Shown here one piece after another: positions 1-9,240 of a DNA stretch of 64,000 bases. Numbering within the stretch: position 1 is the stretch's first letter; every line of letters begins with the position of its first letter. Source of the stretch: a virus; the IMG/VR virus record IMGVR_UViG_3300050343_000163; one strand, written 5' to 3'. The notes under the pieces were generated by a model that saw only the letters and a program-made list of their open reading frames with translations, did not search any database and was not told the origin of the DNA. Both the position numbers and the translations under genes were made by a program.

Positions 1-761
1 TTGTCCATATTCTGAACAACCCAATTCTTAACATCAGTAAACTTTTTCTTCTTCAAGGACGAAAGTAAAGTGTCAAGATTGACATCAGCAACATCCACAA
101 GAATAGCAGACGTAATAGCACCAGTAGCGGCATAGCGTTGGCACTCATTAATAAGACGCCTCCAGTCAGGATAATAACGCTTAGTAATTTTAGCGAGAAC
201 TTTGTCTTCATACTCTACATTCTCGTTAGTAAGAATAGTTTTCAAACGGGTAAAGAACTGACCCTGCAAAGCTACTGCTTGTTCAGGTTTGATTCTAAAA
301 TCAACAACAGTGCATCGAGAATGCAACGGTTCAATAATCTTGTTAATGAAGTTGCATGTGAAGATGAAACGACAGTTTCCATGAAACTCCTCTACAGCGG
401 TCCTCAAGGACAACTGAACATCGTTAGTTGTGTTGTCTGCCTCATCGATGATAACGACCTTATGAGACGCTCCAGAGGTCAGAGAGACAGTAGTAGCAAA
501 CTGACGGACTCTGTTCCTCACAGTGTCTAGGAAGCGTCCCTCATCAGATCCATTGATCACGATGTAAGAAGCACCAATCTCTTCACACAGCGCCTTAGCA
601 ATGGTTGTCTTGCCCACGCCAGCAGTGCCATTCAACAGCAGGTTAGGAAGCTCTCCTTGATTGACGAAACCCTGAAACACTTCTTTGGTGTTAGCAGGAA
701 GGATACAATCTTCAACAATGTTTGGGCGGTATTTCTCCACCCACAAAAACTCTTTGCTCAT
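1..761 (-). CDS. gp44: Clamp loader large subunit (AAA+), partial, runs off left edge
   Basis: Hand translation from ATG at 761: MSKEFLWVEKYRP..., Walker A GTAGVGKT, LHSRC motif; near gp45. Absent from the ORF track. Confidence 0.95.
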   Translation of the reverse strand, partial: MSKEFLWVEKYRPNIVEDCILPANTKEVFQGFVNQGELPNLLLNGTAGVGKTTIAKALCEEIGASYIVINGSDEGRFLDTVRNRVRQFATTVSLTSGASHKVVIIDEADNTTNDVQLSLRTAVEEFHGNCRFIFTCNFINKIIEPLHSRCTVVDFRIKPEQAVALQGQFFTRLKTILTNENVEYEDKVLAKITKRYYPDWRRLINECQRYAATGAITSAILVDVADVNLDTLLSSLKKKKFTDVKNWVVQNMD

Positions 762-767
762 AATAAA

Positions 768-971
768 TTATTCAAAAATAGGAAGGATGCGTTGTCTCAT
801 TTCTTTGAGTTGTTCTAAGTCATTCCCATACTCACCCATGTTCATGTAAACACAATCAATATAGCGTAAATCGTTACGCTGTGCATCTAGAGTAAAGGAA
901 TCGCAATACTCAAGAATCTCATATGGTACATCAACTTGCCTGTCATAATCAATAGTCACAATCAAATCCAA
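768..971 (-). CDS. Hypothetical protein, 67 aa
   Basis: ORF fills the gap between the glycosylase-like gene and gp44, same strand. Confidence 0.6.
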   Translation of the reverse strand: MDLIVTIDYDRQVDVPYEILEYCDSFTLDAQRNDLRYIDCVYMNMGEYGNDLEQLKEMRQRILPIFE

Positions 972-1471
972 TCAGGTTTACGTTCTGGAGCACGAAGATA
1001 GTTGGTAGCTACCCAAGGTTTAGATGCAATATACATTTTGTACTTGCTGTAGATGTCAACAGTATCATACTTGAATTCATCAGGACCTGCAAAGACAAAA
1101 GGTGTATGCATAGTATTGTCTGCTGATGGTAAGAGATGTGTTATCTCTAGTAGTGGTTTAGAACAAGAATGAACTTTACCGTATCTGTGTGTGTACTCAG
1201 CACATAGAGAAAGACCATGTGTAAGTAACCACCATGCATTTGCTAGAGAATCATTTGCCCAGATAGTGCAAGGATGATTACGGAATGCACCTTTCTCTGT
1301 CTTGTATGGTTGACCATCGTTACGATGTATTTTACCGTAGCTATGACCCCACTCTTCAGAGCAAACAATAGAAAGCATTTGACATGTTTCTAATGGCATC
1401 TTGACAACGTGTTTGTCAGGCAAGCACTGTGCTGAGATAGTGGGATCAGGGTCTGTTACAAATATGTTCAT
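962..1471 (-). CDS. Pyrimidine-dimer DNA glycosylase / endonuclease V (DenV)-like protein
   Basis: Start reassigned to MNIFVTD (ATGA overlap with upstream ORF); DKHVVKMPLE resembles T4 DenV DQHLMAEYRE with the Glu; HPCTIW motif. Confidence 0.6.
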   Translation of the reverse strand: MNIFVTDPDPTISAQCLPDKHVVKMPLETCQMLSIVCSEEWGHSYGKIHRNDGQPYKTEKGAFRNHPCTIWANDSLANAWWLLTHGLSLCAEYTHRYGKVHSCSKPLLEITHLLPSADNTMHTPFVFAGPDEFKYDTVDIYSKYKMYIASKPWVATNYLRAPERKPDWI

Positions 1472-1677
1472 AGCAAATGTGATATAGAAATCACTAGGAG
1501 GAATGTAATCATAATAACTACATCCCAAGATTTTGTCCTTACGAAGTAAGGAATTGAAATACTATCACCCACTAGTTGTAATGCAACACCAAATGTTGTA
1601 TTGATATGAAGGATAGTAAAGTAAGCAATAATCACAAGACCACTGCCCAACACTCTCATTGGAACAGTAACGTTCAA
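1468..1677 (-). CDS. Small hydrophobic (membrane) protein, 69 aa
   Basis: 2-3 hydrophobic segments; ATGA overlaps with both neighbours. Confidence 0.7.
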   Translation of the reverse strand: MNVTVPMRVLGSGLVIIAYFTILHINTTFGVALQLVGDSISIPYFVRTKSWDVVIMITFLLVISISHLL

Positions 1678-2348
1678 TTGGGTTCAAGAGCAATGTAGTA
1701 TGTAAGGTCAACATCATTATTAATCCACTCGGAAATTAGATGCTGAGATACCTTAACAGTATAGTCACCTGGTAGAACACGAATGTTTTCAATCTTGAGA
1801 TCAAGACTAAAGGTGCCAGTAGCACAACCTGCCACAGTGATATCGTAAGTATTACTGGTATCATTTTCTTTGTCCCTGAGGATAAGTTTGATTTCTTCAG
1901 ACTCCTTCTCAGAATAGAAAGTAAGATCTGGCAAACTGTAAACAGCAGATGCTTTTTGCAAAGCTACAAGATCATCAGAAGAAAGATTAAACTCTACATC
2001 AGAACCAGGAAACTTTACATTTTTTTCTGGAGCAGACTTGAGCGTAATTTCAGGATCCGAAAAATAATACTTAGCAGACTGACGACCGCCACGGATAGAA
2101 ACAAAATCGCTAGATGTGAATTCCAGTTGAGGATCGTTAAACAGAGAAATACCGCTAAGGAACTGACTGAGATCATAAATTGCGAAGTCACTAGGAAATA
2201 CTTCTTCGCCAGTGAATTTTGCCAGAATGTTTTCTGCATTGCTAATGGTTCGTACTGTGCTCCCTTGACGAAATACGATTGACGAATTGATCGTAGAAAA
2301 ATTCTTAAGGACATCTAGAGTTTTTCTGGAAAGGATAACTTTGCTCAT
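1674..2348 (-). CDS. gp45: Sliding clamp
   Basis: LSRKTLDVLKNFSTINSSI, FAIYDLSQFL, YYIALE; upstream of gp44. Confidence 0.95.
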   Translation of the reverse strand: MSKVILSRKTLDVLKNFSTINSSIVFRQGSTVRTISNAENILAKFTGEEVFPSDFAIYDLSQFLSGISLFNDPQLEFTSSDFVSIRGGRQSAKYYFSDPEITLKSAPEKNVKFPGSDVEFNLSSDDLVALQKASAVYSLPDLTFYSEKESEEIKLILRDKENDTSNTYDITVAGCATGTFSLDLKIENIRVLPGDYTVKVSQHLISEWINNDVDLTYYIALEPN

Positions 2349-2632
2349 TGAGGATAGGATTCAGTAATGTTTGATTTGTCAGAGAAGTGAAGAAGGAGTA
2401 GACCGTAGTGTAAGATCTTAATGATATCACGACGGGCAGTGCCTTTCTTGTCATAGCGTGAAGCGTACTTGAGGATGTTGCAACGGCAGAATGCCTCAGC
2501 GTCTCCACATGCTTCAATCAAGTCTAACGTTTGAATGGCATCGTTGCCAGCAGAATAGTGTTGTCCATAGGTTCCTGTAATGTAATCACGTAGCTCTGCT
2601 AACAGAGCTTCTTCATTATATTTTAAACTCAT
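2345..2632 (-). CDS. DUF3310-like protein
   Basis: HY...IQTLDLIEA...FCRCNILKYASRYDKKG...DIIKILHY pattern; start at MSLKY overlapping the upstream stop. Confidence 0.7.
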   Translation of the reverse strand: MSLKYNEEALLAELRDYITGTYGQHYSAGNDAIQTLDLIEACGDAEAFCRCNILKYASRYDKKGTARRDIIKILHYGLLLLHFSDKSNITESYPQ

Positions 2633-2811
2633 CGTTCCCAAATATATTCAATATTATCATGGTAGCATTTAAATACGCTGCCGTCAATCCCCTGCATATA
2701 GAGTTCTATACCTTTGCCACCTACAATTTTAGCGGTACGGCACTGGGTGCCTCGCAAAATTACGAGACGACCCATGTAACCATGGAATTTATCAGAAAGA
2801 GACATCGCCAT
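2629..2811 (-). CDS. Hypothetical protein, about 60 aa
   Basis: Start reassigned to MAMSLSDK; short overlap with the cobS-like 3' end, ATGA overlap downstream. Confidence 0.6.
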   Translation of the reverse strand: MAMSLSDKFHGYMGRLVILRGTQCRTAKIVGGKGIELYMQGIDGSVFKCYHDNIEYIWER

Positions 2812-3895
2812 CTTGTTCCTCCTCTTCAGTTTGAATGTCAGCATCAATCTTATCATACAATTCGATGAATGACTGTTTAGTCTCATCATCAAAACGGTTC
2901 ACGCAAACTTTGATAGCTTTCATACGGTTCTGCCAGATAGCAAATGCACGAATGATGTGAACGAGTCTACGAGTAGAGATTACCTCATCAATACCACCGT
3001 CTTTGAAAGTCTTACGGATAATGTCTGCCCAGTTGGCAAGGTTAGTACAGAACTCTTCATCAAGAACACCTAGGTTACCTGCTGCTTTCTGAAGAATTTT
3101 AGTTTCAGTAACAGGAGAAGGATACTCTTGCTCAAAAGTCAAAGCAAATCTCTCAAGGAATGCTTCATTCAATACGTTAGTACCGATGAACCTACCGTCT
3201 TCAGATCCCTTACCCTTAGTATTAGCAGTAGCAATGATGTTAAATCCTGATGTTGGTTTTACATAACGACCAGTCTTCTTAAGGAATACACCTTTGCCTT
3301 CTAGAACAGATTGCAAGCAGAGGATTTTGTTAGACGCAAGGTCAACTTCATCTAGAAGCAACACAGCTCCACGTTCCAAAGCTTCGATGACAGGACCATT
3401 ATGCCAAGCAGTTTCGCCGTTAACAAGACGGAACCCACCAATAAGATCGTCCTCGTCAGTTTCAATGGTAATGTTTACCCGAATCAGTTCCCTATTTAGA
3501 GCAGCACATGCTTGCTCAACAGAGAAAGTCTTACCGTTTCCTGACAATCCAGTAATGAATGTAGGGTAGAACAATTTAGATTGGATAATTTTCTTTACAT
3601 CAGTAAAGTTACCAAAAGGAATAAAATTAGGATCCTTATCAGGAATAAGGTTTTGCTCTAGAGCAGGAATAGCTGCAGGTGCTTGATAAGTTTGCTCAAG
3701 TTTTTCTTGAACCGTCAGGTTCCACTTACCAATACCTTGCTTATAAGTTTTGAGTCTCTTTTTAACAGTAGCGAGAGAGCAGTTGAAATGCTCAGATGCT
3801 TCAAACAATTGCTTGGTGTTTACCTCAGTACCAACTTTATCAGAAAGGTAAGTAACGAGGTCTTCAGTTGAAACTGGAACAGGAGCGAAAGGCAT
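2792..3895 (-). CDS. cobS: CobS/MoxR-type AAA+ ATPase with N-terminal HTH-like region
   Basis: Walker A GLSGNGKT, TDEDDLIGG, Walker B LLLDEVD, ATANTKG, LERF, ISTRRL. Confidence 0.9.
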   Translation of the reverse strand: MPFAPVPVSTEDLVTYLSDKVGTEVNTKQLFEASEHFNCSLATVKKRLKTYKQGIGKWNLTVQEKLEQTYQAPAAIPALEQNLIPDKDPNFIPFGNFTDVKKIIQSKLFYPTFITGLSGNGKTFSVEQACAALNRELIRVNITIETDEDDLIGGFRLVNGETAWHNGPVIEALERGAVLLLDEVDLASNKILCLQSVLEGKGVFLKKTGRYVKPTSGFNIIATANTKGKGSEDGRFIGTNVLNEAFLERFALTFEQEYPSPVTETKILQKAAGNLGVLDEEFCTNLANWADIIRKTFKDGGIDEVISTRRLVHIIRAFAIWQNRMKAIKVCVNRFDDETKQSFIELYDKIDADIQTEEEEQDGDVSF

Positions 3896-3920
3896 GATGT
3901 GTTTTGTTGTCTATGAATAT

Positions 3921-3975
3921 AGTATAGGGTATGGAGGGGTCACTGACGACCCCATGTGTACCAGTTTGTCAACTG
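3921..3975 (-). promoter_or_regulatory. Putative early promoter for cobS-like gene (CAGTT-N4-AACTG dyad, 30 nt, TATACT)
   Basis: Minus strand CAGTTGACAAACTGGTACA at 3957-3975, TATACT at 3921-3926, hairpin GGGGTC-N6-GACCCC in the spacer; same layout at 6173-6226. Confidence 0.55.
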
Positions 3976-6149
3976 ACATACTCTACGAAAGAATTGAGTA
4001 GTTTTTTGTTGGTGGACTTACTAGCAAGCATCTTTTTAAATGCACGAGAGATCTCATTTTTCTTAGCACCAGACTCAACGTTCAACTCTGTATTTTGATT
4101 TAGAGAATTACTACTAATAGCATACAGAGCAGAGAATGCTGCAGGATTAGGAATGATTGCCGATTTTTCTTTCTTCCACTGCTTTTGGATTTCAGTGTAT
4201 TTTGCAAAATCAGCATAGCGTCCAACGAAACTAGACAACTGACTGCCCTGTAGAATACGGAAACCAATTACATTTACATCAGGGTTACGATCACGAACCT
4301 GCTGGATGAAGATGTTAGTGATAGTGTCATATTCAAACTCAGGATAGACACGACCAGTCTGACGATCACGAAGGCAATTGCCCCAGTCAATACGAGAAGG
4401 ACGGATGATGTTCTCATCTTTATGTTCAAGATACTGCTCTCTACCATAAGCAGATTGACATCCTTCACCGTCAGTCAAGATACAAACATTAACTTTCTGA
4501 AGATCATTTTGTTTTTTGAATTCAGGAATAATGTAGTTAAGCAAAACAATAGCTTCGTTCAAAGGAGTTCCTGAAAGAGTAACACCAATTGTATTTTGGT
4601 AACCATTATAATTTGCATAATAGTTTGCTTCTCTATACAAGTTCTTACACATACGCTCATAGTTGCGAGAGTTAGAACGAGAAGAAATAAAGTTCATCAA
4701 ATGAAAACATTGAGGATCAATAAAAAACTCATTCTTTTTTAATCCTTCCCAACTACGATAGTAAGAATCATAACTAACATGCTCTGGAGTTTCGCCTGCT
4801 ATATTTGCTATGGCACGTTTTGCTGCAATCCACTCATTAGTAAATGCATAGACTTCAAATGGAATCTGTACTTTCTTACAGAATGCAGTGAGGTTAAGAA
4901 GTTGTTTGACAGTTGGCAATAGCTCATGCTGCATAGAACCAGACCAGTCAAGAATGAAGATCAGTCCATGGTTCTTACCATCAGGAACAACAGTTACTTT
5001 TTTGAAAATGTCTTCGTTATAAAGATAAGTATGTAACTTTGAAGTATCAAGCACACCAGTCTTAGATTGACCAGCACGAGCATAAGCGTCAGCAGACTTA
5101 CGACATTCAAATTCCTTAACAAGATAGTTTACCTCTTTCTGTGACTGCTTGCGAAAATCTTGATACTGACTATCAACCTGAGAGTAAACATCATCGATAT
5201 CAGATGCTTGACTATCAATCCAATCATGAAGGACAGTCCAATCTACAAGGTGGTTTTCTAGATCAACGTTTTTAGGGATCTCAATATATGTAGTGCTACG
5301 ACCATAATTACGAGAGGAAAGATTTTCTGCTTTCTCATTGAAAGAACGTTGAGTTGAAGAAGTATCTCCTCCTCCAGAACCATCATCCTCTTCATCTTCA
5401 TCCTCTTCATCTTCAAAAGAATCTGCATTAGATGTAGATCCTGCACCACCAAAGTTAGGTTGGATATCAGGTTGATCTTTATCTGAAGATTCTCCAGATG
5501 CTTCCTCAGCAGATTCTACTCCTTCTGCATTTTCATCTTCTTCAGTTTCTTCCTCATCAGATTGTTCAGGAGAAGCTTGAGGAATATTAGCAACCGTTTC
5601 TTCAAACTGCTTACTGAACTCATGTACGTCAACCGCAATCTGTAGAACTTCTTCAAAAGTTTCTGCGAGATCAGTACGAGCAACAAATAATTTTTCTTCA
5701 GTAGAGAAAGGAATAAGTGCATTAGCACCAATCTTAAAGTGTAGATTGATACGGTCAATCAAACTGAGTTTAGTAAGATCTTCTCCCTGAATATTAAAGA
5801 AGTCACGATCGTTTAATTCTTTGTAACCACCAGCAAAAGACTTACGAAGACCTGGATACTTACGCTTCATTAGTTTCTCGATACGAGCGTCTTCAATTAC
5901 ATTGACAAAATCCATAGGACAGTCAGCAATGTCTCTCCAGTCTTTGTTAGGAGTGAATAGTGCATGACCCACTTCGTGACCGACAAGCATATCATATACA
6001 ATGTCTGATGCTTTGTCCCAGTTAGGGAGAGTCAAAATACGACGGTCAACGTCGAAGGAAGCTGTGTAGCACTGCTTATGCTCTACAACAAGATTCTCTG
6101 TAGCGAGAAGACGGGCAAGGTTACCTTTGATTTCTTTGTTGTTTGACAT
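3969..6149 (-). CDS. CobT-like protein: HExxH metallopeptidase-like domain, acidic linker, vWA domain
   Basis: VGHEVGH and NVIEDARIE; D/E-rich linker; MIDAS DWSGS, LSGTPL, ILTDGE; directly upstream of the AAA+ gene. Confidence 0.85.
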   Translation of the reverse strand: MSNNKEIKGNLARLLATENLVVEHKQCYTASFDVDRRILTLPNWDKASDIVYDMLVGHEVGHALFTPNKDWRDIADCPMDFVNVIEDARIEKLMKRKYPGLRKSFAGGYKELNDRDFFNIQGEDLTKLSLIDRINLHFKIGANALIPFSTEEKLFVARTDLAETFEEVLQIAVDVHEFSKQFEETVANIPQASPEQSDEEETEEDENAEGVESAEEASGESSDKDQPDIQPNFGGAGSTSNADSFEDEEDEDEEDDGSGGGDTSSTQRSFNEKAENLSSRNYGRSTTYIEIPKNVDLENHLVDWTVLHDWIDSQASDIDDVYSQVDSQYQDFRKQSQKEVNYLVKEFECRKSADAYARAGQSKTGVLDTSKLHTYLYNEDIFKKVTVVPDGKNHGLIFILDWSGSMQHELLPTVKQLLNLTAFCKKVQIPFEVYAFTNEWIAAKRAIANIAGETPEHVSYDSYYRSWEGLKKNEFFIDPQCFHLMNFISSRSNSRNYERMCKNLYREANYYANYNGYQNTIGVTLSGTPLNEAIVLLNYIIPEFKKQNDLQKVNVCILTDGEGCQSAYGREQYLEHKDENIIRPSRIDWGNCLRDRQTGRVYPEFEYDTITNIFIQQVRDRNPDVNVIGFRILQGSQLSSFVGRYADFAKYTEIQKQWKKEKSAIIPNPAAFSALYAISSNSLNQNTELNVESGAKKNEISRAFKKMLASKSTNKKLLNSFVEYVS
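5386..5415. repeat. Perfect 15-bp tandem duplication within the acidic linker
   Basis: tcctcttcatcttca x2, encoding EDEEDEDEED. Confidence 0.8.
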
Positions 6150-6172
6150 GTGTCTCTGTTGCTGATGTATAC

Positions 6173-6226
6173 ATCATAACAAATAAACAACCTAGCCAAC
6201 CAGTCCGTGTGTCACTTCGTTAACTG
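6173..6226 (-). promoter_or_regulatory. Putative early promoter for cobT-like gene (CAGTT-N4-AAGTG, 29 nt, TATGAT)
   Basis: Minus strand CAGTTAACGAAGTGACACA at 6208-6226, TATGAT at 6173-6178; twin of the 3921-3975 element. Confidence 0.55.
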
Positions 6227-7937
6227 TCACGTTGAGGGTAGAGTAGTTCTTTACCTTCTCCACAGAGATAGTACGGTCGAACTTATCGTCCATACCCTGC
6301 TTGTGACTGATTACAAACACCTTGGTGCTGTCATCAAAATTTCTTAGGATCCATCCTAGATCAGACGTACCCGATGTGTCAAGTGATCCATCAAAGATCT
6401 CATCTAAAATAAGGAGGTTAGTATCCACGCTATTCTTAAGCTTAGCAATACTACGCCAAGTGAGCAGAAGAGCGATATCAATACGAGCTTTTTCGCCTTC
6501 ACTGAAACTATCGTAAGAGAACACATCACGGTATCTAGATTTGATTTGCTCCTCAAAGTTCTCGTCTAGGGTAAAATTGACATAAAACTCCATACGTTGT
6601 AAGAAATCGTTAATCAACTTATTCATAGTAGGAAGATAGGTTTTGATGATCCTAGTCTTGATACCATTATCTTTAAGGAGTTGACCCGCTGTTGTAAGAA
6701 CATCACGATCAGATTTCAAACTAGCTTGTTGTTTATTCAAACTCTTTTTGTTTTCAACCAAAAGTTCTAGTTTGTTATACTCCGATTTCTTATCAACATT
6801 ATCACTGTTTAATTCTACAATTTCTTCTTCAAGTGATTCCACTTGTTTACGAATTGTCATCAGTTGAAAATTGGTTTGTGAAATTGTAGTGTTGATATCA
6901 TTTACTGTAGTAGAAAGTTCAGTAAATTTATTAAACCTAGTTTCTTCTTCTCCTATAGCAGAGAGGATATCATTATATCCTACAAGCATTTCATCAACTT
7001 TACCCCGACCTTCGTCCAGTTTTAGATTACGAAAATCTTCACGTAGGTCTTGTGTACACGTAGGACACACATGGTTGTTCTCAAAGAACTCAAGTTCTTT
7101 CTTACATGTGTTCAGTTTATGTGTTACCTTGATCAAGTATGTGTTCAACTTTCGCAATTTCCCGTTTGATTGCTGGTACTCATGCATTTCTTCATTAAGA
7201 TTACAGATTTGTTGTGTCAAAAGAGAAACATCTTCCACACCTTGTAGCTCAGTTTTCTTATATACATCTATCTTTTCTTTCTTGCGATCAATCTCTTCTT
7301 GATTTCTCTTTTCTAAAGTAAGCATAGTTTGCTTTTGCAATTCAATCTTATCCTTTAGAAGATCTAGTTGATAATTGATGTCGCGAACTTCATCATTGTT
7401 CTCACGCATCTTATCTTTCAAAAGAACATTCATAGTAGAGAATACTTGGATATCCAAGATGTCCTCAATAATATCGCGACGTTGACCACCAGGCAGTTTC
7501 ATGAATGGGATAAACGTAGAGGATCCCAACACAACAATCTGTGTAAATGATTTGTAGTTCATCTTGAGCACGTTCTGCTCAAAGTTTTTCTGCTGATCGT
7601 TTACTGAACTTTCTTGATTCCATAACTGTCCATTACAATAGATCTCAAACTTGTTAGGTTTGATACCACGAATAACTTTGTAGTCTAGCTTACCAATACG
7701 AAACTCAATCTCGACTACGCAATTTTTTTCATTAATACTATTAACTAGAGACCCTTTACTAATCTTGCGAAATGGTTTTGCAAACAGCGAAAAAGTAAGA
7801 GCATCTAAAATGGTGCTCTTACCTGCTCCGTTGTCTCCAACAATTAAATTTGTTCTACCTTCTTCTAAATTAATTTCACTAAACACATTACCCGTGGATA
7901 AAAAGTTCTTCCAACGGATTTTTTCAAAAATAATCAT
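6192..7937 (-). CDS. gp46: Recombination endonuclease ATPase subunit (Rad50/SbcC-like)
   Basis: WKNFLSTGN, Walker A GDNGAGKS, CPTC zinc hook, FSEGEKARI signature, LILDEIFD, VISH. Confidence 0.97.
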   Translation of the reverse strand: MIIFEKIRWKNFLSTGNVFSEINLEEGRTNLIVGDNGAGKSTILDALTFSLFAKPFRKISKGSLVNSINEKNCVVEIEFRIGKLDYKVIRGIKPNKFEIYCNGQLWNQESSVNDQQKNFEQNVLKMNYKSFTQIVVLGSSTFIPFMKLPGGQRRDIIEDILDIQVFSTMNVLLKDKMRENNDEVRDINYQLDLLKDKIELQKQTMLTLEKRNQEEIDRKKEKIDVYKKTELQGVEDVSLLTQQICNLNEEMHEYQQSNGKLRKLNTYLIKVTHKLNTCKKELEFFENNHVCPTCTQDLREDFRNLKLDEGRGKVDEMLVGYNDILSAIGEEETRFNKFTELSTTVNDINTTISQTNFQLMTIRKQVESLEEEIVELNSDNVDKKSEYNKLELLVENKKSLNKQQASLKSDRDVLTTAGQLLKDNGIKTRIIKTYLPTMNKLINDFLQRMEFYVNFTLDENFEEQIKSRYRDVFSYDSFSEGEKARIDIALLLTWRSIAKLKNSVDTNLLILDEIFDGSLDTSGTSDLGWILRNFDDSTKVFVISHKQGMDDKFDRTISVEKVKNYSTLNVTVNEVTHGLVG

Positions 7938-8200
7938 TCTGCAGAATCTTCAGGTGGTATCAAAAAATCGTCAGGCGTGATAATGGAAAACTTTTGACCA
8001 CGGTCTTGACATGCTGCTATTATAACATGATCTTCCATTTCCACAACCTGCATTGGAGGATATTCAATGTCCTCCTCCATCATCATCAAGTATCTTGATG
8101 CATCGTCATTATCAATAAAGATAGGTATAACCCTATCCTTTGCCGTGTCAAACACAGAGTATACACCGTCTGGATGATTTTCTAATGTTAGAACAAACAT
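7934..8200 (-). CDS. Conserved hypothetical protein (DUF3110-like)
   Basis: MFVL...G.YS...IF...DDASRY pattern recalled from cyanobacterial DUF3110; between gp47 and gp46. Confidence 0.55.
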   Translation of the reverse strand: MFVLTLENHPDGVYSVFDTAKDRVIPIFIDNDDASRYLMMMEEDIEYPPMQVVEMEDHVIIAACQDRGQKFSIITPDDFLIPPEDSAE

Positions 8201-9240
8201 TATGCAACATTACAGCTTTCAATATATAGTGTTCTCATTAAAGACTTAAGTTCACTTTTGTCTACGGCAATCTCTACTTCATCAATGTACTCATTAAGAA
8301 GAGTCATTGTGTCTTTAGTTTCAAGATCTGCATCCTCTATGTTATCTGCATCAACTAAGGTCTCAACAATTTTTACATCATGAGCACCTACGTTGTAAAG
8401 ACGATCAACCAATGTTTCAAACATTTGGTAGTCACGTTTTTCTTCAACGATGAGTTTGATGAACTTGTCTTTATAATCAGATACATCTGATTTGTTGTAG
8501 TCGGTAGCTGCGTCATCGTAGAAGATCTTCTCAAAGATTTCATACGGATTTCTGATAAACTTAAGTCTATCACTTTCAGTATCGTAGATATGGAAACCGC
8601 GAGAGTCTTTATAATCATTCCAGAACATCTGATAGGGGTTGCCAAGATACTGGACATTACCATGCTTTGACTTATGATGAAAATGTCCTGACCATACTCG
8701 TTTAAAGTTTTTAAAATCAGAAACTCTAAATCCACCATCAAATTTCATGCCAGGTGTAACTTCAAATCCATCACACTCTAGATGACCACACATGATATCA
8801 GCGTCAGAGTTTGTCATAACATCTACGCTACTAGCTTTGTTTTCTGAATTGATCCACGGCATCATCAGAAACTTTTTACTACCAAGTTTAATATGCTTTG
8901 GTTCAGCATAGATATTGATATTGCTATACTTCTCTAAAAGAAGTTCGGGTGAATTAATTTTGTTTGTATTTTTATAATACGTACAATGGTTACCCAAAAT
9001 CATATGAACTTTATAATCTACCAGTCGTTTGAAATAATTAGTATCAACACGATTAAAAGTATTATAGTCCATTGACTTTCGGTTATCAAAAGTGTCACCT
9101 AGATCAATGATAGTATCGATACCTTCTTTTTCAAGAGTTGGAAAGAATACATTGTCATAGAATTTCTGGAAGTAATTCCAAAAGGGTAAAGAACCCTTTC
9201 GTCCATCAAGATGTTGATCCGTTATTAGTGCTATCTTCAT
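8200..9240 (-). CDS. gp47: Recombination endonuclease nuclease subunit (Mre11/SbcD-like)
   Basis: True start MKIALITDQHLDGRK at 9240; DLGDTFD, LGNH, GHLE, GHFH phosphoesterase motifs. Confidence 0.96.
   Translation of the reverse strand: MKIALITDQHLDGRKGSLPFWNYFQKFYDNVFFPTLEKEGIDTIIDLGDTFDNRKSMDYNTFNRVDTNYFKRLVDYKVHMILGNHCTYYKNTNKINSPELLLEKYSNINIYAEPKHIKLGSKKFLMMPWINSENKASSVDVMTNSDADIMCGHLECDGFEVTPGMKFDGGFRVSDFKNFKRVWSGHFHHKSKHGNVQYLGNPYQMFWNDYKDSRGFHIYDTESDRLKFIRNPYEIFEKIFYDDAATDYNKSDVSDYKDKFIKLIVEEKRDYQMFETLVDRLYNVGAHDVKIVETLVDADNIEDADLETKDTMTLLNEYIDEVEIAVDKSELKSLMRTLYIESCNVA

Noticed and set aside
2792-3895. cobS as evidence of cobalamin biosynthesis
   Set aside because: No cobN or other cob genes in the window; the protein is a generic MoxR-type ATPase with a vWA partner.
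3967-3972. TTGACA as the -35 box for cobS
   Set aside because: It is 40 nt from the TATACT box, far beyond sigma70 spacing; better read as part of the dyad motif.
5386-5415. 15-bp tandem repeat as a contingency locus
   Set aside because: In-frame, two copies only, in a low-complexity acidic linker.
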